IMG/VR virus record: IMGVR_UViG_2565956708_000007
Length of the DNA: 64,000 nucleotides
Source of the DNA: a virus
Taxonomy: Duplodnaviria > Heunggongvirae > Uroviricota > Caudoviricetes
Direction: 5' to 3' (one strand)
Positions 22,272-32,212 of this stretch are shown in pieces; the first letter of the stretch is position 1, and every line of letters begins with the position of its first letter. The translations under genes were made by a program, and so were the position numbers. The notes below the pieces were generated by a model, which saw nothing but the letters and a program-made list of their open reading frames with translations, ran no database searches and had not been told where the DNA came from.

Positions 22272-22712
22272 ATGGCCACACTATCTGATACAATAAAACC
22301 GAATAAAACATATCTTGAGGCGGTACTCCGTACAGCGTTGTTAGGAAAGACAGAAGACGAATACGTTGATTTCTTCCTGTCAGGGCTACGCGGGCGATTA
22401 CTGAAAAATCCCCGCCTGTACCGCAGCTATGGTCCATACTGGCCGGAAATTAAAAAATTATTACTGGAGCGCGGTTATGGTAATTTCGGTCGTCTCGTTG
22501 ACCGTGACGTTCGCAAAATTTACCGTTATGACCGCCCGGCGCTAACACTCATAGCCGCGACGCTCTACAGCCAGGAGCGTTTTGATAATGGTCAGATATA
22601 CTCAGCCTGGCATTTACTGCCAGTGCCTGAAGAAGTTGACGACCAGGACTATGAGTTTGAGTCTTACGATTTGGAAGTTGAAGCCTTGGCACAGGCTGGA
22701 GAGAAAACTTGA
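22272..22712 (+). CDS. ulx: Ulx-like
   Basis: 146 aa ORF immediately downstream of darB; by position. Confidence 0.5.
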   Translation: MATLSDTIKPNKTYLEAVLRTALLGKTEDEYVDFFLSGLRGRLLKNPRLYRSYGPYWPEIKKLLLERGYGNFGRLVDRDVRKIYRYDRPALTLIAATLYSQERFDNGQIYSAWHLLPVPEEVDDQDYEFESYDLEVEALAQAGEKT

Positions 22713-22957
22713 AAAAGCGATACTACACAGTAAAGCATGGGACGCTACGAGCATTACAAGAGTTTGCTGACAAGCATAACGTTGAGGTGCGCAGGGAAGG
22801 GGGAAGTAAAGCTCTGCGCATGTACCGTCCGGACGGGAAATGGCGTACAGTCGTCGATTTCAAAACAAACAGTGTTCCCCAGGGCGTCCGCGACCGGGCA
22901 TTCGAAGAATGGGAGCAGATCATCATAGATAATGCATTGCTTCTCAATGCTGATTGA
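22709..22957 (+). CDS. lxc: Lxc-like (C1 co-repressor position)
   Basis: 82 aa, TTG start after GGAGAG; followed by hairpin GCCCGG-TTTGCA-CCGGGC. Confidence 0.5.
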   Translation: MKKRYYTVKHGTLRALQEFADKHNVEVRREGGSKALRMYRPDGKWRTVVDFKTNSVPQGVRDRAFEEWEQIIIDNALLLNAD

Positions 22958-23039
22958 GTTTTGTTGGCCCGGTTTGCACCGGGCGTTTCACAAACAATCA
23001 ACTGGTTTGTAGTTCCTGCGGCGAGATGAATTATTAATA

Positions 23040-23648
23040 TTATCGTGGTGCCGATGATGCGATAGCCTGTATGATGTTATCAATATCGTTATCGTTCAGC
23101 ATGAATATAGGTACACCATTAGAGTTTGCATTTTTTTCAGTGCTCATCAAACAAAGCCCCTCATACATGCCGCGAGTTTTTTTGAAATTGGCGACTGATG
23201 GAGTGGTGTAATTTCCTTTAAAGTGCATTCCGGCTGATTCATAAAAAGGAACCAAATCAGACTGGCAAATCAAAGCGACCTCATTTGGAAATGCAAGTAT
23301 TTCTGCCAGTATATTACTTCCAAGTCCATTACCACGATATTGCTCATATACATATATTTTATGACAGTACAACGGAAAATTTCCCGATGGATGTCCGAAG
23401 ATTAAGGCGTATCCGAACAAGTTTTCTTCATTAGTAAAGCCCATAATGCGCAAATGACCGGCTCGGTAACACTCTTCAAAAACGTTAATTATGTAGCTTC
23501 TCGCTGCTTTCAGCTCCTCTTCTGTCGGGAACATCATCAACCCCATAAGCGATGGAGTATAGGCCAGATCCTGAAGAATCCCATTAGCTTCATTTTCGAA
23601 AATTAGCGGTAAGTGCGGTACAATTTCATTTGCCGAGGTATTAGACAT
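23040..23648 (-). CDS. GNAT-family acyltransferase, low-GC accessory gene in the slot where P1 carries res/mod
   Basis: 202 aa; acetyl-CoA motif A QYRGNGLGSNILAEIL and motif-B-like LVPFYESAGMHF; visibly AT-rich gene and upstream region. Confidence 0.6.
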   Translation of the reverse strand: MSNTSANEIVPHLPLIFENEANGILQDLAYTPSLMGLMMFPTEEELKAARSYIINVFEECYRAGHLRIMGFTNEENLFGYALIFGHPSGNFPLYCHKIYVYEQYRGNGLGSNILAEILAFPNEVALICQSDLVPFYESAGMHFKGNYTTPSVANFKKTRGMYEGLCLMSTEKNANSNGVPIFMLNDNDIDNIIQAIASSAPR

Positions 23649-23656
23649 AGTATGGT

Positions 23657-23680
23657 GAGTCCTTTGTTTTCAAAGGACTC
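23657..23680. promoter_or_regulatory. Perfect palindrome GAGTCCTTTG-TTTT-CAAAGGACTC 9 bp upstream of the GNAT start codon
   Basis: 10-bp arms, 4-bp spacer; the only SD-like sequence (AAGGA) lies inside one arm. Confidence 0.5.
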
Positions 23681-23846
23681 ATGTTATCAGTGATAATCGT
23701 TTGTTGTAATAGTGTTGATAAAATAATTTTCTATTATGTAAGCAAGCTCATTTTTATGACGGGTAATGCAAAAAAAATAGAATCAAAAAACTAAAAAATA
23801 ATAATTCATGGGGTTTTACACCATCAAAAGTCCCCACTATAAATTA

Positions 23847-24488
23847 TTAGAAATAATTATGCTTGCCTGTTAATACCCCTTTCGGCACTTTTTTTTGTTC
23901 CAGTGTCTGGGTACCCAGAATTATGTTAATAAGTGGACTTAGTAACGATGGTTCCTGGCGGGCTTCAACTTCTCCAGCCATTGCCCTGATGTAGTCGGCG
24001 CTGGCAACGTTGTTGTATTCCGTCGCAAAGCAACATAGTAACGTCAGAACATGCTCTGTCGTTATTTCGCTCCAGTTGATGTTGAAAAATTCATCGCCTT
24101 TTTTATCGTGTTCGGAATCGAAGATGCTTTGGTGGAGGATGTATTTGCCGGATTCCTTGCGCGGTAACTTGATCGCTTTCTGGCGTTCCAGCTCCTTGTA
24201 AATCTGCATTGCTTCAATCAGTACCGGCCTGCCGTTCATGAAGGGATCGCGCAACCTTACACGCTGGCCAACTCGACCAGTAATAAAGCTGTTTTCCTCT
24301 TCCACCAGCACGATAAAACCCTTTTCCTCTTTTTCTCGCAATTCGCGCAGCAGCTGGAGTTCCATGTCGCGGCGGCGTTCAGGGTAGCTGGTCCGCTCAG
24401 CCATTATCAGCTCGTTGTTGATCCATGCAGCAGTCATTGACGCCGGTTTGCCGACGCTCATCGAAACAACGCATATTTTCTTATCCAT
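23847..24488 (-). CDS. mat: Mat-like protein
   Basis: ORF between the variable slot and ref; by position; start chosen at MDKKICVV. Confidence 0.45.
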   Translation of the reverse strand: MDKKICVVSMSVGKPASMTAAWINNELIMAERTSYPERRRDMELQLLRELREKEEKGFIVLVEEENSFITGRVGQRVRLRDPFMNGRPVLIEAMQIYKELERQKAIKLPRKESGKYILHQSIFDSEHDKKGDEFFNINWSEITTEHVLTLLCCFATEYNNVASADYIRAMAGEVEARQEPSLLSPLINIILGTQTLEQKKVPKGVLTGKHNYF

Positions 24489-24676
24489 AGCGCCCCTACA
24501 AAAAAGAAAAGCCACCAGCGGCGGCTTAGCAATACAACTGAAGGTAGCGCCCGGTACTCAGACTGTGCCGTCCATGGAATATTTGAAAAGGGATCCATCC
24601 GTACCGGGCGTGTGATGATTCTGACTCAAGTCACTTGTCAGTTGTCAATCATTTAAGATTAAAAATAATATATTTA

Positions 24677-25237
24677 TTAGTGCATGATGTTTGCCATTTC
24701 ATAGGCGTCAGCCAGCAACTCCATCTCTGACTTGTTCAACAAGGTGAATTCTTTCTTGCCTCCTACCACGCCATCGGCATGAACAGGGACCAGCCAGGGG
24801 TATTTTTCTCTTACTTCAGCCGGTGCTGCATGCTGGTGGTGCCATCTGCAAAGGGGCAATTGCTTTTTGTGACAACCCGGCGCGGTACGACCGGAGATAT
24901 GGTGCAGAGACACCTCTTCAGATATTACTCCATGCATGTAGCAGGCAATGCAGGGGAGAGTGCCAAGAGCATTGGCGATAGTCTGTTCCTCCTCCGTCGG
25001 TGTTCGCCCCTTCAAGCCACGAGATTTTATTTTTACCGCACTTTTCCGCGTTTTGCTGGCTGGTGGGCGCTCTTTCTGTTTAGCGATACGACGGTCGATA
25101 GAATCCCGCATTTTCTGATATTGCGATTCTCGCCAGGCGGGGTCAGCCAACTTTTCCCGTTGCCGAGCGATCGCTCGTTCTCTGGCTGCCTTCTGCCACT
25201 CGCGGCGCTGTTCAAGTTTTTGTTCGATTGTTTTCAT
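24677..25237 (-). CDS. ref: Ref, HNH-family recombination enhancement nuclease
   Basis: Basic N-terminal region then Cys/His cluster CIACYMHG...LHHISGR...CRWHHQHA; start MKTIEQ. Confidence 0.75.
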   Translation of the reverse strand: MKTIEQKLEQRREWQKAARERAIARQREKLADPAWRESQYQKMRDSIDRRIAKQKERPPASKTRKSAVKIKSRGLKGRTPTEEEQTIANALGTLPCIACYMHGVISEEVSLHHISGRTAPGCHKKQLPLCRWHHQHAAPAEVREKYPWLVPVHADGVVGGKKEFTLLNKSEMELLADAYEMANIMH

Positions 25238-25335
25238 ATGGCAAAAAAAAGGCGGCCTAATGGCCGCCAATGATGTCAAGGAGTGAAGTAATGGCAACGT
25301 CTTCGTAGTTGACAAAAACTGCGGCTAAATTATAG

Positions 25336-25352
25336 CAATCAATTAGAGCAAT
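25336..25352. promoter_or_regulatory. C1 operator-like site upstream of ref (CAATCAATTAGAGCAAT)
   Basis: Core ATTAGAGCAAT exact, 3 mismatches in outer half. Confidence 0.5.
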
Positions 25353-25484
25353 GGTAGATATTTTGTTTCTCGCGAATCACATTTTTTCACTTCAGTACCT
25401 GTGTGCTATACTCCTTCTTGATTGATTGGATGCGGAATACAAACCCGCTCTTTTGTGCAGCCTGGCTCCTTGCCAGGCTTTTTT

Positions 25485-25796
25485 TTATTTCATCATGGAA
25501 GCTGTTAACGCTTTGGACCTTGCTGAACTGATTGAAAGGGCATTGTTTACCTTACCCAGGAGTTCGCCAAATTCCCCCATCACTCTAGTAAGCCCGCGCC
25601 GCGCTTCTTCCTCGGTGGCATTCATCACGAAATGTTCAGCACCACGCATACTTTTGACAGGGAACGCAACGGATATTGAATCAATATCAGGCATTCTATC
25701 GCTCAGCTTTACAGTGACAATGACGGCTGGCGACTGAATATTAGTGCTTACAGACAGCACTACATATTTTCCGTCGATGTTGAAATCCTTTCTCAT
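25485..25796 (-). CDS. cra: Cra-like small protein between cre and ref
   Basis: 103 aa ORF; by position. Confidence 0.45.
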   Translation of the reverse strand: MRKDFNIDGKYVVLSVSTNIQSPAVIVTVKLSDRMPDIDSISVAFPVKSMRGAEHFVMNATEEEARRGLTRVMGEFGELLGKVNNALSISSARSKALTASMMK

Positions 25797-25812
25797 ATGT
25801 CACCATAAATAT

Positions 25813-25829
25813 CAAAGAATTAGAGCAAT
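25813..25829. promoter_or_regulatory. C1 operator-like site (CAAAGAATTAGAGCAAT)
   Basis: Core ATTAGAGCAAT exact. Confidence 0.4.
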
Positions 25830-25846
25830 CATTTACGCGTTAATGG

Positions 25847-26878
25847 CTAATCGCCATCTTCCAGCAGGCGCACCATTGCCCCTGTTTCACTATCCAGGTT
25901 ACGGATATAGTTCATGACAATATTTACGTTGGTCCAGCCACCAGCTTGCATGATCTCCGGTATAGAAACTCCGGCGCGGGCCATATCTCGCGCGGCACCG
26001 ACACGGGCACTATGTCCAGACCAGGCCAGGTATCGCTGACCAGAGTCATCTTTTGCCCCGTAAATCAATCGGTGAGTTGCTTCAAAAATCCCTTCCAGGG
26101 CGCGAGTTGATAGCTGGCTGGTGGGTGATGGTGAGGCAACACCATTTTTTCTGACCCGGCAAAACAGGTAGTTATTCGGATCATCAGCCACACCAGAGAC
26201 AGAAATCCATCGCTCGACCAGTTTAGTTACCCCCAGGCTAAGTGCCTTCTCTACACCTGCGGTGCTAACCAGCGTTTTCGTTCTGCCAATATGGATTAAC
26301 ATTCTCCCACCGTCAGTACGTGAGATATCTTTAACCCTGATCCTGGCAATTTCGGCTATACGTAACAGGGTGTTATAAGCAATCCCCAGAAATGCCAGAT
26401 TACGTATATCCTGGCAGCGATCGCTATTTTCCATGAGTGAACGAACCTGGTCGAAATCAGTGCGTTCGAACGCTAGTGCCTGTTTTGCACGTTCACCGGC
26501 ATCAACGTTTTCTTTTCGGATCCGCCGCATAACCAGTGAAACAGCATTGCTATCACTTGGTCGCTGCAGCCCGGACCGACGATGAAGCATGTTTAGCTGG
26601 CCCAAATGTTGCTGGATAGTTTTTACTGCCAGACCGCGCGCCTGAAGATATAGAAGATAATCGCGAACATCTTCAGGTTCTGCGGGAAACCATTTCCGGT
26701 TATTCAACTTGCACCATGCCGCCCACGACCGGCAAACGGACAGAAGCATTTTCCAGGTATGCTCAGAAAACGCCTGGCGATCCCTGAACATGTCCATCAG
26801 GTTCTTGCGAACCTCATCACTCGTTGCATCGACCGGCAATGCAGGCAAATTTTGGTGTACGGTCAGTAAATTGGACAT
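25847..26878 (-). CDS. cre: Cre tyrosine recombinase
   Basis: 343 aa, MSNLLTVHQNLPALPVDATSDEVRKNLMDMFRDRQAFSEHTWKMLLSVCRSWAAWCKLNNRKWFPAEPEDVRDYLLYLQARGLAVKTIQQHLGQLNMLHRRSGL... almost identical to P1 Cre as I recall it. Confidence 0.97.
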   Translation of the reverse strand: MSNLLTVHQNLPALPVDATSDEVRKNLMDMFRDRQAFSEHTWKMLLSVCRSWAAWCKLNNRKWFPAEPEDVRDYLLYLQARGLAVKTIQQHLGQLNMLHRRSGLQRPSDSNAVSLVMRRIRKENVDAGERAKQALAFERTDFDQVRSLMENSDRCQDIRNLAFLGIAYNTLLRIAEIARIRVKDISRTDGGRMLIHIGRTKTLVSTAGVEKALSLGVTKLVERWISVSGVADDPNNYLFCRVRKNGVASPSPTSQLSTRALEGIFEATHRLIYGAKDDSGQRYLAWSGHSARVGAARDMARAGVSIPEIMQAGGWTNVNIVMNYIRNLDSETGAMVRLLEDGD

Positions 26879-27296
26879 TTGACACTCAGATAATGGTTTT
26901 AAGTAAAGTGTACAGGATCGGCTCTGCCTTTACCTGTTTATGGTTCTCGTCATAGAAACGCCAACGACCGCGACTGCGTTCTATCTTTTCTTCACCGCGC
27001 GATAATGACAGTTGACAACTATCACGATCAAACCCTTTTGCCCGCCAGTAACCACGATTTTTCTCAAGCTCAAGATGAGTGGACACTTTAGCAGCTGAAT
27101 ATCCCATTTTTCACCTCTGATTGATTGGTGGTGCTAAGTGCGCTACGCGAAATCTGGAGCACTAACACTGCCAACATTTCGCAGATTTTACGTAGCGCAA
27201 CCTTGATCAAATGATCAAGTGATCACTATTTGACCTGATAAGGTATTGAACTGTATGGATTTACAGGTAAATTGATCATGTTCAATAACCCTTAAG

Positions 27297-27330
27297 ATAA
27301 CTTCGTATAATGTATGCTATACGAAGTTAT
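27297..27330. other. loxP site
   Basis: Exact ATAACTTCGTATA-ATGTATGC-TATACGAAGTTAT. Confidence 0.97.
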
Positions 27331-27373
27331 TAGGTCCGAAGAGGAGTTTACGTCCAGCTGCGCATAAAAATCA

Positions 27374-27390
27374 AGAATTATTAGAGCAAT
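27374..27390. promoter_or_regulatory. C1 operator (AGAATTATTAGAGCAAT)
   Basis: 2 mismatches to consensus; paired with the operator at 27457. Confidence 0.6.
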
Positions 27391-27450
27391 AAATTTTGAG
27401 AGAAAAATCCCACTCCACCAGCCAAAAACTGGATTGTTTTTCATAGTTGT

Positions 27451-27478
27451 TTGACAATTGCTCTAATAAATTATAGTT
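27451..27478 (+). promoter_or_regulatory. Sigma70-like promoter (TTGACA ... TATAGT) overlapped by a C1 operator, directed toward coi/c1
   Basis: Consensus -35 hexamer immediately 5' of operator 27457-27473. Confidence 0.45.
27457..27473. promoter_or_regulatory. C1 operator (ATTGCTCTAATAAATTA)
   Basis: 16/17 match to consensus. Confidence 0.7.
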
Positions 27479-27711
27479 TTGCCGCCGTTTCGTAATACGA
27501 CTTTGGATTCACTATTTAATGTGTCTTCAGCGTTGTAGAGCGGCTCAGAAGGAAATGAGCAAACAGGGAAACCTTATACAACGGCATTACAGCTATGCAT
27601 TGCTCATCTTACACACAGCGCAATGTTGTTAGATTACCCCAGCATGGATCATGGGTGAAACAGTAGGTCAGAGCTTCAGGCTCTGTGTTGTCAATACAGT
27701 GAGGCATAATT

Positions 27712-27921
27712 ATGGCTTTCATTCCACCAACCATCGACGACGTTAGACATTGCTCTAACGCTTTATCTGTAGACCCCGCCGAAACCGACGCTGCCCGCGC
27801 CATTGCTGAACACTACTCAAAGATATCCAATCAGGAGTACCGCATCACCCAAGACGACCTGGATGATCTCACTGACACAATCGAATATCTCATGGCCACT
27901 AACCAGCCAGACTCACAATAA
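27712..27921 (+). CDS. coi: Coi, C1 inactivator
   Basis: 69 aa ORF directly upstream of c1. Confidence 0.8.
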   Translation: MAFIPPTIDDVRHCSNALSVDPAETDAARAIAEHYSKISNQEYRITQDDLDDLTDTIEYLMATNQPDSQ

Positions 27922-28031
27922 ATGCACTAATAAATCTATTATTTTCGTTGAATCCTTCTATAATGGTGGCCAACAACTCCCAGTGTAATCCGCTGTGAGT
28001 TGTTGGCCATGTCAATTCTGGAGGAGGATCA

Positions 28032-28883
28032 ATGATAAATTATGTCTACGGCGAACAACTGTACCAGGAGTTCGTCAGCTTCAGGGATCTCTTTCTAAAA
28101 AAAGCTGTTGCACGCGCCCAACACGTTGATGCCGCCAGCGACGGTCGTCCTGTACGCCCGGTTGTCGTTCTGCCGTTCAAAGAAACTGACAGCATTCAGG
28201 CTGAAATTGATAAATGGACTTTAATGGCGCGGGAACTGGAACAGTACCCAGACCTCAATATCCCAAAGACTATTTTATATCCAGTGCCTAACATCCTTCG
28301 CGGTGTGCGTAAGGTTACGACTTATCAGACAGAAGCTGTGAACAGCGTCAACATGACCGCTGGCCGCATTATTCATCTGATTGATAAGGACATTCGCATC
28401 CAGAAAAGCGCGGGGATCAATGAGCACAGTGCGAAATACATAGAGAACCTGGAAGCAACAAAAGAGCTAATGAAGCAGTACCCGGAGGATGAAAAATTCC
28501 GTATGCGTGTACACGGCTTTAGCGAAACAATGCTGCGCGTCCACTACATTTCCAGTAGCCCTAACTACAATGATGGTAAATCAGTTAGTTACCATGTGCC
28601 GCTGTGTGGTGTGTTTATCTGCGATGAAACTCTCCGTGATGGAATCATCATCAACGGTGAATTCGAGAAAGCAAAATTTAGCCTTTATGACTCTATAGAA
28701 CCGATCATCTGCGACCGCTGGCCGCAGGCAAAAATATATCGCCTGGCAGATATTGAAAATGTAAAAAAACAAATTGCCATCACTCGCGAAGAGAAAAAGG
28801 TCAAATCAGCCGCATCAGTTACGCGCAGCCGTAACACTAAGAAGGGGCAGCCAGTAAACGACAACCCCGAAAGCGCGCAATAG
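28032..28883 (+). CDS. c1: C1 repressor
   Basis: 283 aa ORF between coi and pacB; size and position match P1 C1; many cognate operator 17-mers in the window. Confidence 0.9.
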   Translation: MINYVYGEQLYQEFVSFRDLFLKKAVARAQHVDAASDGRPVRPVVVLPFKETDSIQAEIDKWTLMARELEQYPDLNIPKTILYPVPNILRGVRKVTTYQTEAVNSVNMTAGRIIHLIDKDIRIQKSAGINEHSAKYIENLEATKELMKQYPEDEKFRMRVHGFSETMLRVHYISSSPNYNDGKSVSYHVPLCGVFICDETLRDGIIINGEFEKAKFSLYDSIEPIICDRWPQAKIYRLADIENVKKQIAITREEKKVKSAASVTRSRNTKKGQPVNDNPESAQ

Positions 28884-28907
28884 TTTCTATCCGGCATGGT
28901 CAATGAG

Positions 28908-30392
28908 TTATTCATTAAGCCATGCCAGAGCTTCATCAACCTGCGCTTCGTCTTCGACGCTAAGCACTTCATCCTGGGGAACATAATCAGCCAGCATAGC
29001 GAAACAATATGTATCCCAATGGTCTGGTGAGTGCAGGTTGAGTTTTTTCTTCATATCCTCCTTACTCATCACCTTCCATTGACCTGCGGAGTTAATCCCT
29101 ACAGGGATTTTCGACGCTTCCTCAATAGTTTCATTACCCTTATCCAGTCTCATACGACCAGATTTTACGGCCTCTGCGGCTTGAACGTTGGCATAAGCAC
29201 GCTTATCAAAGTACAGGCTCTTATCTTCACGGCTATGCATCTTTTTACCCCAGCGTATACGCTGTACGGTAATACCATAATACTCGTACATCAGATCCGC
29301 CGTTGCTTTACCCAGGCCATCGCCGTCTATCGCTATGGTGATATTTGGGAATCGCTCAGGATTACATTCTGCGAAAATTTTGGCGGCAAGCTGCGTTTCT
29401 GTAACGTCTGTGTATTCCAGCATTCGATAGTTGATTACACGGCGTTTATTTCTCTGGCCGGACACCATCATGATATTGATAACGGACTTATCCCGTCCCG
29501 TACCACCAGCAACGTCCACACATGCAAGCCAGCCCCATCCTTTGGCAATCTTGACTTTCCGCCGCGTCGCACGTTCAACCTCATCACGTCCAAGAAGGAA
29601 GCCATCCTGTGATTTAGGGAATAGTCCGCGTACTTTAATCATGTACATAGGGTTATCACGCCCGCCGTACTCCGCCAGCTTCATTTTGATAAATGCTGGC
29701 GTTACCAGCGGTGATTCCTCACTGTTAAGCGTGATCGCCGTATAAACGCCATCAGGGTTACCAGGACGCTTGGCCAGTTTATGGTGAGTATCGTAGAAAT
29801 AGCCGCTTGGGCGTGTAGGCTGTGACAGTAATAAGATGCGGTTATCCTGTCCGGTAAGAGCACCAGTGATGATACCGAAAGCTCTATCACTGACACCGGA
29901 GGCTTCATCGATAATATACAGAAGATGATCTGCGTGTTCACCGGCGAGAGCTTCTTCACTTCCCAGACGAAAGCCCTTCGGTACTACAGTCCATACACCT
30001 TTACCAGTAACCTCATAGAAAGCGGTTTCTGTCAGAACAAAATAATCAGCAAGCCATGGAAAACGGCTGGTGGCAGTAGCCCAGTTTATCTTGATGTACT
30101 TGAATATACCGGTCATTACCTGCTGAATTTTGTTCGCAACGATAATGGCGCGGGCACCGGGATACATGATTATGAACAACATGATCATGATAGAAGTCAT
30201 GTCTGATTTCCCGGTACCGTGACCAGACGAAACAGATGTCTTGCTACCCTGTTCCTGCACAGACTCAATAATCAGATCCTGCTGCCAGGTAGGTGTTTTG
30301 CCGAACAAAACATCAGCGGCCGCAATCCAGTCATAACGATATAGCGCCACCAGCTCGCGCCAACGTGGATCCGTTACGCAACTTCTGGCCAT
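28908..30392 (-). CDS. pacB: PacB, terminase large subunit
   Basis: 494 aa; Walker A GHGTGKS, Walker B IIDEASG. Confidence 0.88.
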   Translation of the reverse strand: MARSCVTDPRWRELVALYRYDWIAAADVLFGKTPTWQQDLIIESVQEQGSKTSVSSGHGTGKSDMTSIMIMLFIIMYPGARAIIVANKIQQVMTGIFKYIKINWATATSRFPWLADYFVLTETAFYEVTGKGVWTVVPKGFRLGSEEALAGEHADHLLYIIDEASGVSDRAFGIITGALTGQDNRILLLSQPTRPSGYFYDTHHKLAKRPGNPDGVYTAITLNSEESPLVTPAFIKMKLAEYGGRDNPMYMIKVRGLFPKSQDGFLLGRDEVERATRRKVKIAKGWGWLACVDVAGGTGRDKSVINIMMVSGQRNKRRVINYRMLEYTDVTETQLAAKIFAECNPERFPNITIAIDGDGLGKATADLMYEYYGITVQRIRWGKKMHSREDKSLYFDKRAYANVQAAEAVKSGRMRLDKGNETIEEASKIPVGINSAGQWKVMSKEDMKKKLNLHSPDHWDTYCFAMLADYVPQDEVLSVEDEAQVDEALAWLNE

Positions 30393-31585
30393 TAATCATC
30401 ATCCCCGTATAGCTTGCGGGTAACTTCTTCGTCTTCCTCCTCGTCTTCGTCCAGGTCTTGTTCCAGCCATGGGTCGTTTGATACACCTTCAGTATCAACA
30501 TCTCCATAACCGCCTGTATCAACAATATCGGCGATTTCTTCCCTACGCTGCTCAATCCACAATGCGGCATCGGCGCGGCGGTTGGCGGCCCGTTCTCGCG
30601 CAACTTTGTCCAGATCTTCAAGAGAAGGGCCACCGACGGCTGTTTGCCTTTCCTCATCATCGGTATTGGTCTTAGGAGCACGCAGATCGGCTTTGATTTG
30701 CTCCAGCATCAGGGGCGGTACTTTCCCTCCATGCGCCTCGATGAATTCAGCTGCCTCCAGCACTGACCAGTTGTTTTCACGCTTTCGTTCGTATGCCAGC
30801 TTAACAATGCCAGCTTGCCCCATAGACAAAGCGTGCTTTTCCGCCTCCCGGCTTTCTTTTCGATAGTTATTCCGGATGCTGTAAATGGTGTTGATCAGGC
30901 TGCTTATCTGCGCGGAACAGCTGTTTAGCATGCTCGCGATACGGTATTCAGGCGGAGTTCCTTCATCATCGTCTTTTTGCTGATCGCGCATTTCCTGAAC
31001 CAAGCGAATACACGTATCCCTGGCGTTCTCCAGCATAAGGAGATGAGAGAGAGACTTTTCCAGAAGAGTGGTTTCCAGAACATCAGCCCCGGACCGACGC
31101 AACATAGCGCGCGCGGCCTTCCGCGCTTCAACGTTATCTATCAGGTAATCGCCAGCTTCGAATTCAAAGCGTTCACCATCATCATCCAGGGTGTCGCGTT
31201 CCAGGCGATCACGTAAGGTCCGGTGGGCGCGGGTGATCACGTCATGATCATCAGAACGATCATTTATGCGCTTATTCTGGCGCTTCGCGTTCTCGACTGC
31301 GGCACTGACAACAGCATTAACTCTTTGTTTTTCAGCCATTTCAGCCACAATGTGATCACCTGCACGTTGATCATTAGCGTGATCAATGATCATGCTTTTT
31401 AGTGGTTTTCTGACAGGCTTATTTGGCTTACGGCTGTCCGCTGTTCCGGTGTCTTCTTTGAATGCACGGAGATAACGACGTGCGGTGTTTGGGTTGAGAT
31501 TAAACTCGGCGGCATATTGTGCGATGGTGTAACCACCATCTCGCGCCAGGCGAGCAAAATTCTTCTTGTGATCGTCCCAGGTCAC
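30392..31585 (-). CDS. pacA: PacA, terminase small subunit / pac recognition
   Basis: 397 aa; N-terminal HTH-like region; contains the GATC-hexamer pac cluster. Confidence 0.85.
   Translation of the reverse strand: MTWDDHKKNFARLARDGGYTIAQYAAEFNLNPNTARRYLRAFKEDTGTADSRKPNKPVRKPLKSMIIDHANDQRAGDHIVAEMAEKQRVNAVVSAAVENAKRQNKRINDRSDDHDVITRAHRTLRDRLERDTLDDDGERFEFEAGDYLIDNVEARKAARAMLRRSGADVLETTLLEKSLSHLLMLENARDTCIRLVQEMRDQQKDDDEGTPPEYRIASMLNSCSAQISSLINTIYSIRNNYRKESREAEKHALSMGQAGIVKLAYERKRENNWSVLEAAEFIEAHGGKVPPLMLEQIKADLRAPKTNTDDEERQTAVGGPSLEDLDKVARERAANRRADAALWIEQRREEIADIVDTGGYGDVDTEGVSNDPWLEQDLDEDEEEDEEVTRKLYGDDD
31230..31395. other. pac packaging site (clustered TGATCA/G hexamers, 3 + 4, flanking a central cleavage region)
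   Basis: GATC-containing hexamers at about 31234, 31245, 31257 and 31353, 31369, 31381, 31388 inside the pacA 5' region. Confidence 0.7.
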
Positions 31586-31671
31586 TTATGCTTCCTTTCG
31601 TATAAAACTCTTTTTGACGCGAGGGTAACGAAAGTCACATGTCAAAAGGCCCGGAACGGGCAAGCAATCAA

Positions 31672-32124
31672 TCAGATACGTGCGGATGTGGCATTACCGT
31701 AATGACGGTGCTGACGGACCACCTTATTGAAAAGTTGACGCGCCATCACCCAAGGCTGGTGCTCCCGGCGTTCCTTTTCGTCCTGCGTCATATAGAGTTC
31801 GTTCTGGAGTTTTTCATCAAACCGGCGCGGAGCGCGGCTGCGGCGAAAGAATTCAGGATTCAGAGAGTGGATCTGAAATCTACGTGGGCGTGTACTGTCA
31901 TCAATCAAAACAGACGAATACTTAGACACAGCGATAGCCTTTAAGCGCAGATAAACATCGCGCTTATCGACATCCAGATGCGGGTATTCCTTTTCAAGAA
32001 TTGCTGCGAGTTCTTTCGCTGATAGAAGAGATTTAGTGCGGATCATGTAATCCGCAATCTCGTACGATGTTATTCGTGAGTGATTTATTTCCATGAAGTG
32101 GCGTCCCTGCCAGTTAAGTAACAT
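31672..32124 (-). CDS. lpa: Lpa-like late promoter activator
   Basis: 150 aa ORF upstream of pacA with a C1 operator in front; by position. Confidence 0.5.
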   Translation of the reverse strand: MLLNWQGRHFMEINHSRITSYEIADYMIRTKSLLSAKELAAILEKEYPHLDVDKRDVYLRLKAIAVSKYSSVLIDDSTRPRRFQIHSLNPEFFRRSRAPRRFDEKLQNELYMTQDEKERREHQPWVMARQLFNKVVRQHRHYGNATSARI

Positions 32125-32194
32125 CCTGTCACCTACTGATTAGCCCATGTCAACTAATCAACGTCGAATATAATACCCTCGATTAAAGAAATAG

Positions 32195-32211
32195 CAATAC
32201 ATTAGAGCAAT
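32195..32211. promoter_or_regulatory. C1 operator-like site upstream of lpa (CAATACATTAGAGCAAT)
   Basis: Core exact. Confidence 0.5.
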
Positions 32212-32212
32212 T

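Noticed and set aside
23040-23648. GNAT gene as an aminoglycoside resistance gene, AAC(6')-type
   Set aside because: Size is compatible, but I could not recognise the family signature by eye and the gene sits in the phage R-M slot with a specific regulatory palindrome; kept as a candidate of unknown substrate
24670-24686. C1 operator-like site upstream of mat (ATATTTATTAGTGCATG)
   Set aside because: Four mismatches; may be a degenerate site but not supportable from sequence alone
26886-27107. 73-aa minus-strand ORF between the cre start and loxP
   Set aside because: Lies in the region expected to hold the cre promoters, has no convincing RBS and no recognisable fold; probably spurious
27921-27940. 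Additional C1 operator between coi and c1 (AATGCACTAATAAATCT)
   Set aside because: Three mismatches including the conserved core; too weak to call without binding data
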